DNA of 63,410 nucleotides, the filler included, from Conidiobolus incongruus B7586 (taxonomy: Eukaryota), in NCBI GenBank assembly GCA_000697335.1. It is 7 parts of 7 records of this genome, joined end to end, with 100 filler letters (N's around TTAATTAATTAA, not from the genome) between each part and the next. Parts side by side here need not be neighbours in the genome. Positions count along the whole stretch, not along the records: positions 36,792 to 51,999 come from JNEM01007282.1; positions 52,100 to 59,451 come from JNEM01007283.1; 5 more parts are not named here. One strand, 5' to 3'. Under the pieces are notes generated by a model that had not been told where the DNA came from, did no database searches, and worked only from the letters and a program-made list of their open reading frames with translations. Position 1 is the stretch's first letter. The number at the start of each line of letters is the position of its first letter. The position numbers and the translations under genes are program-made. This document shows, piece after piece, positions 38,095-52,764 of this stretch.

Positions 38095-39535
38095 ATGTTG
38101 GACATTGAATTAATTACTATTGACACTTTAAAAAATGATACAATTTTTAGATTTAATGTTAAAGTAACTCACTTCCTAATATCATATTATTACAACTAAT
38201 TACTTATCTCTATAGACTAGTCTAAACCACTACAAATCCACCAATTACGTCAATGTTGAGAGGAACTACTCTGAATTGGAGAAATTGTACGTGTATCTTC
38301 AAAAAAATTATTTCGAGTTGGTACTCCCTACCCTACCACCATTACCCTCTCCTGATATTCTTAGGAGTGTAGACCTGAACCAAATTGTATTGGAGTACTT
38401 TAAGAGGTACTTTAAATTACTCAGTGCTAAAGCATCTTTGTGGAAAGATATTGAATTACAAAATTTTATTGAGAATGAGTTCCTGGTATGTTAAAATGAA
38501 CATAGATTTAACCCATATTAACTTTTTTAGTATTCTACTAGCGTCAGAACTACGGTGAGTCAACCTCGTTTTAAGACTGGTAGTTGGTCCAGTGCAAGAT
38601 TTAGGGGTTTGGGAAGCTCCAGTCAAGATAAGGATGACCAATTTTTCCAGACTTTGGAGAAGGCTTTTAAAGGAACTACTCCATTGGTTACAAAAGCTAA
38701 GAATGATTTTTTGAGGTTGAATAAATGTGAACAAGGTGGGTTGTTTAGAGGTTTGATGGATTAGTATTAATTTTAAGATTAGATTATATTGGCTATATTT
38801 CTAAATTGAATAAGAATATTAGTAATCTACAATTTTTAATAACACAAAAAGAATTTGTTGAGTAAGTTTGTAATGGCAAGACCAAAGTGTTCAGTATATA
38901 AATCATTTTACATAGTTATTTAGTTCAAGTAAACTCCAATTTGAATGAGTATACCAAAAACTATCACCTACAGGTATATTTGACCAATATGTGAACATTG
39001 CAATAGTCTTAAGTATAGTTTTAGATCCATCAATTGGGATTCTATCAAAATTATTTTTTTAATTTCAAATTTGCAGAATTTATGCAACTTCAAGTAATTA
39101 TTCAATTTATATGTTATCCTATAACTAATATGGGTTTAGGAAGTGATCAAAACACGAAAAGAGCTGGTAGACGCTCATAATTTCAGTATGGAGTTGACTC
39201 GACGCAAAAAACAGACGATGATCGTTTTGAAATCGAGTACCACTATCAATGAGGAAAAAGTCAATCAAGCTTTACAGGACTATGAAGAGGTAATTACCAC
39301 CAAATTCGATCTCACCATTACTAACTGTCAATAGGTCAAACAATACGAACAATATCGCGAAAAACAGGTAGAAAAGTTACAGTCGCAACTGCCCCAAGAG
39401 TTCATGGACTGGAAAATGCAGCACACTGATCACACTATGAAATGGATTCGAGACTACGTAGGTTTGGAATTATCCAAACGTAAAAATGGTTTACATCATT
39501 TGAAATCATTGCTGACTACAGAATCTACAGCTTAA
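38095..39535 (+). CDS. VPS17: Vps17-like PX-BAR sorting nexin (retromer), multi-exon
   Basis: Spliced reading MLDIELITIDTLKNDTIFRFNVK/TSLNHYKSTNYVNVERNYSELEKL...LVLPTLPP...ELQNFIENEFL/YS resembles the Vps17 PX domain. Later helical exons (LKSSTTINEEKVNQALQDYEE) fit the BAR region; TAA at 39535. Confidence 0.75.
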
Positions 39536-42266
39536 TTTAATCATTGGAAATTCTAATTAAAATCAAAATAAAAATTATGATTGAAAATTATGTTATGTTA
39601 TGTTTTATAGTGAGTTTCTTCAATAAAGACGGCTGATAGCAAATTAATTAAATAGTTGATTCAGTGAAAGTTATAATCTATTAAATACTATTTCCTTAAC
39701 TATATCCAATTAAGCTCGACGCTTAATTTGAAATGCAACAATTCTTTAAATTATATAATAATTTGATAAGTATATTTCCTTGGGAGGAATTTGGTTCAAA
39801 CAAATATTAATTTAATTGAAGTAGTATTGGTATTAAAAATAATATTGATAGTTAATTCAGATTCATTTTACCTTATTCATAAACATTTATTGAAATATGC
39901 AATTTTATTCAATAATTTTTAATCTTTTTTACATTAACAAAAATTTAACATTGATAAATAAAAGTGACAATTTAATGAATTTTTATTTGATTATGTTTCT
40001 ATTTAATTCTATTATTAAACTTTGAATTTAAAGACCATGATCATAATAACTATTATAAAATTCCAATTTAGAATATATCATTAACTCTTTAATCACTTAA
40101 TTGTATTTACCTCAAATTCAGAAAACTAATCTATTTCATGATATTTAAACTTCACTTTATTGACATCAATTATTTTATTTTCAACTATATTTTCTATATC
40201 CAATCATTTGTTAAAATATATCATAATCAGTATGAATGATATCTAGCTTTGATTCTAAATAGATAATCAATAAATTTTTACTTCTTTATTTTAATATTTT
40301 AAAGTATTTCTATTTATTCTTATTTTACTAGCCTCTCAAATCAAAGTTTTTAAAATATATTCTGATTTAACTATGTTCAAGAATAAATTGATTTATTTGA
40401 GTTATGATTAATTCACAAATATTAATTATATATAAAATTAAGAAAATAGAATATAATTATTTTTAATTAGTATAGGTCGGTTGTATTTAATATTAATTTG
40501 AATCAATTTTTTCCAATTGTTTTCTTGCAAATTTAATAAAAATAAAATAATAAATATGAAAGTAATAAAATTTTTAAAGATAATAATATATAGCCTAAAT
40601 AATTCTACTACTCTTATATTATTAATTTTCCTCATATTTCTTATATTAGATATATTTGGAAAGATATAATAAATTATTTTATTCAATGAGTATAAAATTT
40701 GAAATTTATATTATTAATATTTCAATATATTTTTAGACGAGGTATTATATATATTTATATATTATCTAATGATTTTTAATTAAGTTATTATTTTATTGGA
40801 TTTTTTTGCATAATCATATATAATAATTTTAGTATTAATAATAGTTCAACTGTATATCAAAAACTTATTCAATTATAATTTAAAGTTGATTTATCTATAT
40901 ATAATATATAAATTTAAAAATATATCACAATTTTAATTTAATATATATATAATATTTTATAAATAATATGAAAAAACAATATAAATTACAAAAATAAGAA
41001 AAAATATATAAAATTCAAATATTGATGGTTTTTATTAATATGGATATAATTTACTATAGATAATATATATACTAAAATATCAAACAATAATATCCTGTTA
41101 TAAGTATAGTATCTTTTAATAATTAATGCTTATATTATTCATTTTATTTTAATTAAATAATACTATAATACTGAAATTATATGAAATATAAAATATATAT
41201 TAATTATATATAAAATAAAATGAAATTCTTTGATAATAAGAATATATACTTAGTTTTTTTATTAAATATTTATTATATTCTAAATTTAAGATAGATAATT
41301 AAATCTTAATATATTTGTTTTTATTTAACTATCTATTATATATTGATATTTTTTAAAATTCATAAAAATAGGATAAAAAAGATATAAAAAAACAAATATC
41401 ATTAAATATTTTACATATCACAATATATTGAATTTATATAACTAGACCCTTAAAATATTGGGATATTGTTAAATTATTGTGCTTCAGTGATTAATCAGCA
41501 CTTTTCAATTAAATATATTGAATATAAAAAATTAATTCAGATATTATATTTTGTAGTAAAATTGGTCAAATATCATTTTATAAGTTAATAATCCTATAAA
41601 TAAGTAACTTTAGGCAAATTCAATAAAATAAACTTTTAGTATCTACAATGAACACTTTGGAATTCATTTTAATAATTTGATATTTTTTTTATTAATCCTT
41701 TTGGCAAGCTAAGAAATTGCTCAAAGTTTGGAAATACTTGTCCCAAAGTGTTTATGAATTTATGAAAAATATTTGAACTTTAATCATTGATGATTAAATT
41801 AAGGTATATATATTAAAAATTTTAATACAGTAATAAATATATTGATGTAGTTTGTATTAGATATTTATTATGCTAGGAGTGTTTTTTTATATACATCTGT
41901 AATTTCTACTATAACATAATTAATGATTAAAACAAAACTTATATCACCTCATATGAAAAATTATTATTAAAGTTGCATGGCCTATTTGCGGGCCAAATTA
42001 TACCCAGGAGTTAACTAGACAATCCACTTTTCACATTGAATCCTTTTATAGTTATCAATATATCATAAATTGGTTAAAATATCAATTTAGCTGTTGTAAA
42101 ATGGAATACAATTATCAACATCATCTAAATGATTGGATAAAATTCTATCATTTGAATCTTAAAAATTTTATAACAACTAAAGCCTTTAATATTAAATTAT
42201 TTTATTAAGCAGATAAAATGATTAAAATGATTCCAAGTTGAAATAAATACCCTCACGCTGTGATAA

Positions 42267-45200
42267 TTAATTTTTTATACTGCCGAATCCCTTTTTGATT
42301 TTACCGAAGAGCTTGGAGCCCTTGGAGCTGTCGGTTTCGTTCATATTGAAGCTAGCTTCGCTGAGGTTGGAGGTAGAGTTACGTGCTAAGGTGGGGCTAA
42401 GGTAGACACCTTGGGGGATGAATTCGAGTTTGAGGTGAAGGCGACCGGATTGGCCTTCTCCCAAGCCGTTGGAGGTCCAAAAATCTTGCGACGTGTTGGT
42501 GGGGGAAATGTAGTCACCGGTGTTGAGGATATAGTGACCCAGGTCGGGTCGATCGCCCAGGAGTGCGTAGCTCTTGATCTGGAATTCGATGCTGATGGGC
42601 TCGGAAATCAAATAATTGGGGATGATGTACACTTCGTTCCATTGGGGATTGCGTGTCTTTTTAATCACCTTAGTCTTGTACACATTCTTGCGATTGATGT
42701 ATAGTTTAATGTAAGGATCTGAGCTGCTATTCTTAGTATCTGCGACCATTAAATCTTCAGCTTCAAAAATGGTTAATTTGAGAGAGCCAGGAGAGTTGAA
42801 ATCATCGGAAATGTTAGAATTTGTACTTGTAGGCTGATGGAGAGGTACACCAACATTATTACCAGTTTGTGGAGGACTGAGGGTTACAGATGGTTGTTGA
42901 AAAGTATGATGCGATGGTTGATTATTATTCATTAAGGTTGGAGTTTCAGAATTTATAGTGTCTAAAATCAATGATTAATAAACTAATGTAGATATTAATT
43001 CAAAATATAGAATTACCTGTATGTGATTCAACTTGATGGACAGGAGTATTAGCTTTGGGAGAGATTAGAGAATTATGTTGGGTAGAATTTTCGGAAGCTC
43101 GGCTTTCACGATCGGAATCAGGGTTTTCTTTCTTCTTTTTACCTAATAAACTACCAACGAGACCAGCGCCTCCCTTAGCGACATTGATGGGTGCGGAGAG
43201 GACAGTTTTGGCACCTCCAATAGCCAATTTGCCACCACCAGCAATAGCTTGTCCAGCGAATTTACCAGTTCCAACGGCAAGAGAAGCACCTCCAGTGAGC
43301 GATCTAGCAGCTAATTTGACACCTCCTTTAGCAAGTCCAGTTGCAAATTGGGCACCTGAGTCTAAAATCATGCCTGGTAGAGCATGTTTTTCGTCATCTT
43401 CCAAGACATATTGAGGGGCAAAGAACATTCTCAAATTAACAATACCAGATTTAACGTTTTCTAATTCAACTGGGACATCAAAAGGAGTCTCAACATCTAA
43501 TAAAGAGAGATCTAATTGAGCCGATCCTAAACTCTTATGCTTCTCAAGTTGATTCCAGTCAAATACTTCCATGACAAATTTAGATTGAATACGATCTTCA
43601 ATAGCAACAGTGAAGGTTTCATTGAATTCAGGGTTGAGATTCTTCTTGTGGGTTTCAGTTTTAAAAACCTTTTCGCCATTGAGAGTGAAGGAAATATAGG
43701 GATCACTGGTACCGGATCTATCCGCCGCAATCAAATTCTCGGCATTGACAACGGTGACCTGTAAGATGCCCATATTTCTGCCGCTCTCGGAAGGATTGAT
43801 CGTGTAATCACAGGCATCGAATTTGAAACTGAGTCGAAGTTCGCCAATCGTGTTGTTGGTAAAATTAAATGTCCTGCTTTCTTCGGAGAGGTTCTCTATG
43901 ATATCCTTGACAGGTCCAGTCCATCTAGCGAGTTCTGATTCTTTGCCTTGGCCTCCCTCCTTGGTGGATCTAATACTGACAGTAATACGATCGATGTCGA
44001 CCTCTTTAATGAAAGTTTGACATGTGTCTTCAAAAATGGGGTTAGAGCCACGTTTGGATGTTGTTTTGTGAACTGGAACACGTTCATTGTTATTGAGAAG
44101 AATCACAGCATGAACGTTAGATTTAGCATTTCCAACACCTTTAGCTTCATGAAGAATGATACGAAGGATTCCAGCATCTAAAACAAATTTGAATAAATTA
44201 AGATGTATTATAAGTATATAAAATAAAATTACTGTAATCTGTAAGTTTGAACTGATTTTCAATTTCTTCATGAACTTTTTGTAACTCTTCAGGGTTGACA
44301 GATGCAAGAGTATTGGAATCAGCTGGAGTATCTTGAGTTTCATGAGTCTTAGTTTCGACAATTGCATTATCTTTTTCTTTTTCTTTAGCTTGGTCTAAGA
44401 CTTGTTCCACTTGTTTAGTATCATTTAGACATTGAGGATGAAGTGAAAAGTATTGCAAATTCAAGTGAATACTGCCTCTTTCTTTTTCTTCTTTGATATG
44501 TAATGGATACCATCTAAAATAAATTAATAAAAATATTTCAAAATACCAAAAAAAAATAATCTTACTCGTCGCGAGCCTCGCCATGTTGATAGCCTTCTTT
44601 GAATTCCCATTTGGGTCCAAGTAAAGGTTTAATAGGTACGCTAGTTTTACCCAATAGTTTGTCTTTTTGAACAGAATTGAAATGCATGACTTCGAAGGAT
44701 AGGGCATCTCCCTCACCATGAACAGGGATGTAGTACACATCATTCCACACAGGTTTAGTCGTATTATCTAACCAACGCGTTTTGCCAACCAATTTGTTGG
44801 AGTGAACAACTTGACAATAAGGTTCGGGCTCTAAAAATTATGAATTAATAGAATATTAGGAGTAAAAGTGAGGGATCTTACTTGAAATTAATTCACCTCC
44901 CTTGAGGCCTGTAGCTTCAATAACTTCAACTCGGACAAAGCCAATAGGAGGAAGAATACCCTGAATAGCGTTAGGATCAACAATGACTGGCTTGGATCTG
45001 ACGTCCAATTTGACATTTAGACTACCCTCGTGACCTAGGGCCTCGAACTTGAACCATTCTTTATTATCGGCAATACTGGCCATCATTTCAGATAAAGTAG
45101 AGGAGTAGCGACCAACTACAGAACGATCTGAAAGACGTAAAGAGATCTTGACTTTCGTTTTCTTTATACTCTCGATGAAGGTTTCATATGTATCCTCGAA

Positions 45201-46978
45201 AACCATGTTGCCGGAAATATTCTTGAAAGGTGATTTATGTTGAACCTTTCCATTGAGATCCAAAATGAGTTGAGCTTGGTTCTTTGTTAAGTTAATGATA
45301 TTGCCACCCTTTTTCATGCCTTCGACTTGTCTTAAATGGAAACGAACGACAGCACTGTCAGATTCGATAACTTGTTCAGTTCCATCTTCGTTCTTGATAG
45401 GGTCAGCTGTGGGAAAGTAATTAACCCTAAACGCTAGCTCACCAACTGTCTTGGAGTTGCGCATAACCTTGGTAACAAGGTCTTGACGAGGGTTAGTAAG
45501 TAAAGAGCTCATATTGAATTGTGCAGTTCCCATTTTGGATTGTTTGGCAAGATTATGATTCATCACTTTCAAATTTAAAGTTTCAGAAAGACTGTGAACT
45601 AAAATAGTGAAGGATTCACCCCAAGTAGGGTTGAGATTGTTCCAAACAACTTGAGTACGTCCAATTTCTTGACGACCTTCAATATTTAAGCTAACATAAG
45701 GATCAGGAACACCAATAAGTTCAGTATTCTTAAGACCACGAGCGCTGTCAATGTAAATCTGGAGGACACCAATAGGGAAATTGGCTTCAACACCGCCACT
45801 CAAGATAGCTTCAAGGTCGAGAATAAATTTATTAGGAGCAAACATCATTGGATTTAAAATAGCATTCACTTGCTTTTTAATAAAAGTTTGGAGGTAAGGA
45901 ATATTAGTTAGATCGTAACCAAATCTTTCGCTAAATAATTTAATGCTGTAATCGTAAGTTGGTGCATTTAAAAGGGAGGTTTCTACCATTCTAATATGTG
46001 GGAAATCATTCATAAAACGAAGTTTGATCCTTGCAAATGCGTGTAAATGAACGTTATCGACATAAACTGGAATATCGATGTGATAGCTGCCAAATTGAAC
46101 CCGAGCAGTAACTACAATTTTTAAATTGGTTTTATCTTCATTCAAATTTTCTTCACTGTATGGTGTGAAGGAAACTTCGGCATCCATGAGTACGAGATCG
46201 GTTTCAATCCTTCTAAATCCTTTGATCGATTCAATAATTGGTGCTTTGGTTCCCATTGTAAAGGTAGTAAATTTGACCCAGGGCACAAAAGCAGGTAAAT
46301 AAGGAGTGATAATGGGTTCGACGCTGTCAACAATAGTTTTGGTCAAATAATTTTCGAATTCGTTCCAAAATCTATTTAAAAACTGATTTACCCAAAGGGC
46401 CCTTTCGTAATCGGTATCTAATTCAGGACCGTTTACAGCTTCTTTAATGTTTTGTATTTCTTTTAAGTATGTTGTCTTCCAAGATAATTTATATAATTGT
46501 GCTAAATATAGTGATTAGTTAACTTGAAATAAATTATAATTTTAATTATACCAATTAAATATCCTAAACCGAGACAGGTGACTACACCCATGCGAAGATT
46601 TGTCATAAGATATGTCAATATCACCATAGAAATGATCAAACCATAATTAAACCAAGTACTTCCCATAAAAGGTTCAAGATAGACTAATATGGGACCCAAA
46701 GGATGGGATTTAGATACCGGAGCATCAGTTTCTGAAATGGCATCTTTTATACTGGAAGTATCTATACTTTGGGGAGATAATGGAGTATGAAATTCTGGAG
46801 TATTACTCATTGAAGGAGTGTTAATGTCCGTTTTTACTTTACGCAAAACGTCAGGACTTTGAGGACGGTTGGTGTAAGAAGTAGCTGATTTCAACGGAAC
46901 TTCTAGTGGTACATTAGGACGAGGGCTATGAGAATCCATACGTGGCTCATTATTGCCACTTGGAGGTATTGTATTCAT
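42267..46978 (-). CDS. Tricalbin / extended synaptotagmin (ER-PM tether), multi-exon
   Basis: N-terminal TM hairpin, SMP domain (ERALWVNQFLNRFW...FTMGTKAP), and several C2 domains (PDPYV, AADRSGTSDPYI...FDWNQ, SSDPYIKL). The ORFs join through short GT-AG introns. Confidence 0.93.
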
Positions 46979-48089
46979 TATTGCAATACTTTTTAAACCT
47001 GATAATTCAATAATAAAAATTCAATTATAAATGCTGAATTAATATATTAAAAAATGCTAGAAGGTTGGATATTAATTGTTGAAGAAGAAATAATTAAAGA
47101 ATGGATTAATTATTTATTTTTAGTTAAAAGTTAAATTTCTTATTATTCATGCTTATTTTCATTCCTTCATAAAAATTCAAATTGTGGTTAATTGAAATAG
47201 AATTGATGCGTGAGTGATTGTTAATGAGATCATCACTTTTGTAAGTCAAAGATCTGCATTCATCCAATTGTCTTGGTATTTTCTTTGATGATTGACGTAA
47301 CAATTGCTCAATTTAATCAAAATCTATTCAATTAAGCTTTTAATCTTTCTCCATTGATAATTTTGATTGGCTCTCCAAATTGCATATTATTTGCACTTTT
47401 AACAACGAATATTTATCAGTTATATGAATATTAGTGTAAACATTTATTGTATTGGATAGATAAAAAATAAATAAATTGTTTGTCAACAGAATGGCTTTAA
47501 TTCATTAATTGTTATTAGTTCAAATATGAAATTTACTAATATTATTTTCAATAAATATAATCTTAAAACTTAACAAACAATGATATCCTTGAAATATAAC
47601 TGCTCATATTTCAAAATCTTTTTTAATTTTTTAATTTCACTTGAATTTTAACTTTCAGAATTAATTTTAAACACCAGAAAATTCGAAATTATTGCATATA
47701 AAATAAGTTTTTCATTCGAAAGTAACTTAGCTGAATTATATAATGCAGTAATTGAGAATCTGTTCAATTATCACGATTGATTTAAAGGACTTTTTACTTG
47801 AAATTAATCCATTTTACTTCAAAAATTGATCAAATTAATTTATTTTTCCAAAATTTTATACAATTTTAAATTATTCCAAAATAGAAAAATTTTTTAATAA
47901 TTAAAATATTAGGTTTTTTTAATATAAATTTAATTCAATTTAATTATTTGTGAATAATAATTTTATTTTAATTTTAAATATTTAATATAACATTTTTATT
48001 AAAATATAATCAATTATTATGAATTTAAAATATTAGATAACATAAACAAAATCTGTTTGTATTTTAGTTTTATTCTTTCCATACTTTAT

Positions 48090-48096
<7 letters not shown>

Positions 48097-48131
<35 letters not shown>
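48097..48131. repeat. (TA)n microsatellite
   Basis: Perfect TA run. Confidence 0.95.
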
Positions 48132-48134
<3 letters not shown>

Positions 48135-51100
48135 TACCTTCAGATTTGAGTATTACATTCAGAAATATTTTACCCCAATTCCTCACTTAATTCTAAACTT
48201 ATCATCCTTTCCAAGTACCAGCAACCCTATTTATTATACTTGCATCAAATAATACTGATTATTTTTGATCAACATTGGATTTAAAGATTATTAAATACTT
48301 ACCAGTTGAATTTAATATTATTATTAGTTGTCATATTTCCTAAAAACGATTAGGGTGATTATTATATTACTGAACTAAAAAGTAAAATAAAAATATATAT
48401 TGTTATATTTATAAATGCCTTATTGAATTCTCAAAATCCTTTCAATTATCTATATCCCAGTGCGACAGCTTTGATTAGCCGCTTTATCAATTAATTTTCA
48501 AATTTTAATTATAAATTTACTATATTAATAAAAAAGTAATTTAAGGAAATAAATAAATTATAGTGTATTTTGTTTATAATACTAATGCAGAATTTATATT
48601 TATATTTTTTCAAAATGTATTCAATTGATAGTTGAAAAAAGTTTGAGATATTTGAAAAATATCTAATGCAAATTTAATTCATAACTTTGATATTATTTTT
48701 GGAAATGTACACATATTGAAAAATAAATGTCAATACTTTTGAATATATATTGTTCACATATTATACATTCAATGGATTCAAATATAATTTGAACTTTTAT
48801 ATATTATTTAATCATACTCATTTTGAAAGAAACATTGATAAATTGTATTAATATATTTACTTTTATTTTATTATATTGAAAATTTATATATTATATTATT
48901 AAATAAATTTATTTAATTAAATTCAATATATTCTATATTAAGTGCAATAAAATCTATTACACTAATTGGATATGCTTTATTTGATAAATTCAATTCCCAA
49001 ATTTAAAAAAAATTTTATGTGTCATAGTCAATAACAAATGGTTTAAACAACGTTGAACAGAATTAGTATTGATAATAGTTAATATAGTTAATGGTTTTTG
49101 TAAATATAATAGTTCTGGATATTGTCATATATATTATTAATTGATCTAGCGTATTAGATATAATAGCTAAATTCGTCAAATTAAATTATTAGATTTTCTA
49201 AATTGATGACATAGACAGATATTGTTATTTTCAATTTTTGCTTATTTAGTGAAATGAATATTGGATGAATTTAAAGCTGAATATGTTGAGTGTTCTGATT
49301 AATTTTGACTCATATTTCAATTAACTATAATATTGTACAATTCTTTGAGCAAAATTAATATTTTGAATTTTCAATAGAAATAGCGATATTGGAAATCGGA
49401 CTGAATAATGCGTTATAATATATAATAAAATTAGCCTAATTTAAGCAATATAATTATTAATTCAGAGAGAATTTTTATTTTAATTCTAACAGCTGAATAT
49501 AAGACATTAAATTAATAGGTTGAATAATTATTCAACTGAGCTACGAAAATTTGTAGATGTAGTTCTTTTATCAAGATTATTTAAACTATATAATATTTTT
49601 TCATTCCATCATAAAATCTAATTTAGTTCGTCATTGAATTAAAGTCAAACAAAATTATCACATCAATTGTTTTAATTCTTAATTAATTATTCAAGTTTTA
49701 TAATAAATCAGTATATTTATATCTCTATTTTACATCAAATGAAAATTAATAGCATACTATTCGATTATTTATAAATCGATATAATTATATTAAATTCAAT
49801 TTAATTACCAATACTTAATCATAGAATATAAATTGAAATATCAATGATCTTGAAACGTTTGATTTCCTATGCTGTATTGAATCAATAGTTAATTCCAATT
49901 GAAATATATATTTAAAATATCCAAATTATAAAGTGTTTTTAAATATATAGTCACTATCCAAAATATAAATGCTTGATTTAGAGATGGTGAAAATTTATGA
50001 CAATTGCTAAAATTGACAAAGAGTACTGAATATAATCATTAAATTTCTATAGTATTATAGTATCGGATATCTATTGGTAAAATCCTGTAATAATTAAATG
50101 ACAATTTTCCAAATATTTCAATAATTTTATATATTTCAAATAATACTATAAAAATGGTTTTAAACTAGAACTATGTCGATTCAATTATATACTCCAATAA
50201 CCAATTGACTAATTCGGGGTAATTCCAGATAGTTAACACATTGCTGATAACAAAGTTAATTCATTCAATAATGGCTTTAAATTGTATCAATATGAATGCC
50301 AATCTGGTTGCTGATATCATTTTGATATTAAATAATTCAGTTTTTATAATATGAAAATAATAAAGTGCACAATCTATATGACACTTTTCTATATAATTAA
50401 TTAAATATTTTTATTAATTATATAATATCCAAATTTGACAACTTATCAGGATTAATTTTAATAAACTCAATCATAATTTATTAATGTATTTTTAAGGTAT
50501 GTAAATTCACAAAAATTTCTCTATTCATTAAAAATTTTAAAGTAATACCAATCTAATATTTTGTTAAGTAATTAAAAACCTTTATGATAATATAATACTT
50601 AGTTCTAAATTATAGTTACAGACAATGGTAGTTAGACAGAAAAAATGATTTGCCAAGTTATACTTTATAATCAACTTGAATTCAGTAAAGTTTTTGAACC
50701 AATAGAGGTATATAATTATAATGTGGATTCTTTGATAATAACTGGCTCAACCAACTTCATCTCGCAACTTATCACCTTATTGAGATATAAGCACAAAATA
50801 ATCACTACACCACTTCAAAATCTCATTTTTTGATGACCTAATACATTTTTTACATTTTCTACAGCCAAGCAATGGCCTATAAAGGGTAATTGTCAGTTTA
50901 CATTTCCATCATCACAATTGATCTTCTGTTAAGCCCATTAAATCTTTAAAAAGAGCTAAACCAAAAATCTTAGACCCGAATGCCAAACAAAGCACAATCA
51001 AGCCACTTTATTTCCTATTATCAGCATTCTGCCAGTAATCGGTATGACCATTATATTATTTTAATTTCGATATATATAATCAATTTAAATATATAAATTT

Positions 51101-51999
51101 ACATCTTAAAATATAATTGCATAAAATTATTTATTAAATTTTTTTGAATTTTATTAATTATATTCATTTATTAATTAATAACATATATATAAAAAATACC
51201 TATTAAGCTAGTACCTGAAATTAAATTTGTTTAATTAATCAAAGATTCTTATTTATATTATTAATATAAATTTTAATAAAAATTTTTATCTTTAAAGTTA
51301 TAATAAATATTATAATACTTTACCTTTTAAATATATTATTAATTCTAAAAAAATTGTTAATAATAAATTTAAATAAAGGATTAATATTTTACTTTCTATT
51401 TATTATTGATTTTAGTTTTATTTAAACTATAAAATAACTATTAAAAGTTAAAATTAATAATAATATCAAAATTTAATTTTTAGATTCTTAAATATTAATT
51501 AGAATTTATATATTATATATAAAAATTATCATTAGTTTCACCCTATCTTTTATTATTAGATTTAAATTTTAAAAGTAAAAAAAACTATTTTTAAATTTAA
51601 TGATCATTATAATAATAATATAAAAGCAATTCAATCTGCATTATATAATCATATTATAAATATACTTATTTAAACTTAATTTGATTAATAAAAATAGCAA
51701 AATATATCTTAAAATCTCAAAAGAATTTTGGAAATTAAATAAAATGATTAAAAATTAATAAAATTCATAAATATAAATAAATAAACATAATAGTCATATT
51801 ATTATCTCTTTATTATTAAATAATATTAATTTGAATTATATATTTTTTTGTTAAAAAATTATTAAAAATATTTAACTAAATTAAAATAATATAAATAATA
51901 TAATTTAATTAATAATTAATCTATAAATATTTATTGTTTCTTAAAATAAAATTAAACTCTTAATATTTTTTCTTAAATTAAATAGTTTTTTTTAAAAAT

Positions 52000-52099
52000 N
52001 NNNNNNNNNNNNNNNNNNNNNNNNNNNNNNNNNNNNNNNNNNNTTAATTAATTAANNNNNNNNNNNNNNNNNNNNNNNNNNNNNNNNNNNNNNNNNNNN
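52000..52099. other. Assembly gap linker
   Basis: 44N + TTAATTAATTAA + 44N. Confidence 0.98.
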
Positions 52100-52365
52100 T
52101 TAAAAATAAACTAATTGCAAGATTAATTTAATAATATATTAAATATTTTTGATAGTTTAATATAATTTTCTTCTATTATATTGATATATATTAATATATT
52201 AATTTTTAATAATATAGATAAAAAATTACAATTAAAAATATAACATTTCCAGGTAATTTTAGCCAATTTATATAATATTATATCTATATTTTGATTAATA
52301 TATATTTTTATTTATATTTTAAAATTTTAACAAAAATAGGAAATAATTTAATTAAATAATATATT

Positions 52366-52764
52366 TATAAGTGTAGTGGTAGTTAAACTAATATAGTATA
52401 GAGGAAAACTTAATATAAAAGTAGTGTGGTGTAGAACATAGTAATATAATGTAGCTATAGTGTGCAAGTGTAAACAAAGTTTAATTAAGCTTTGAACTAG
52501 GATGAGTCACTGATATATTAAGATTTATATTAGGTAGTGCCAATATCCTATAATATTAATAGAATATAGTCTTAATTTTAGAAATAGTGTAAAAGTAAAA
52601 AATAGTAAGAATTGAGAGGAAAAAGAAGAACCTTGTTTATTAAATAATTCAATGCTAATTATACAATTAATTTAACTATATAAGTATAAATTAATCATAT
52701 AATTTATAGTTAATTGGATTATATGAAAGTATATATAAGAATTTAAAGAACTAGTCTTTTAACA
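52366..52764 (-). repeat. 3' LTR of copy B
   Basis: 399 bp; TGTTAAA start on the minus strand after a purine tract. Confidence 0.93.

Noticed and set aside
42267..42971. Separate single-C2 gene
   Set aside because: Joins the upstream tricalbin exon through a short GT-AG intron (~42962-43016), so it is the last exon.
16388..50833. Short I/N/K/L/F/Y-rich ORFs (16388, 18320, 22852, 40438, 50645)
   Set aside because: Composition reflects AT-rich non-coding DNA; mostly non-ATG starts and no motifs.
48900..51060. Possible decayed F-box/LRR or other pseudogene fragments on the minus strand
   Set aside because: Only short protein-like snippets (e.g. IWNYPELVNWLLEYI) with no continuous frame; not supportable without a search.
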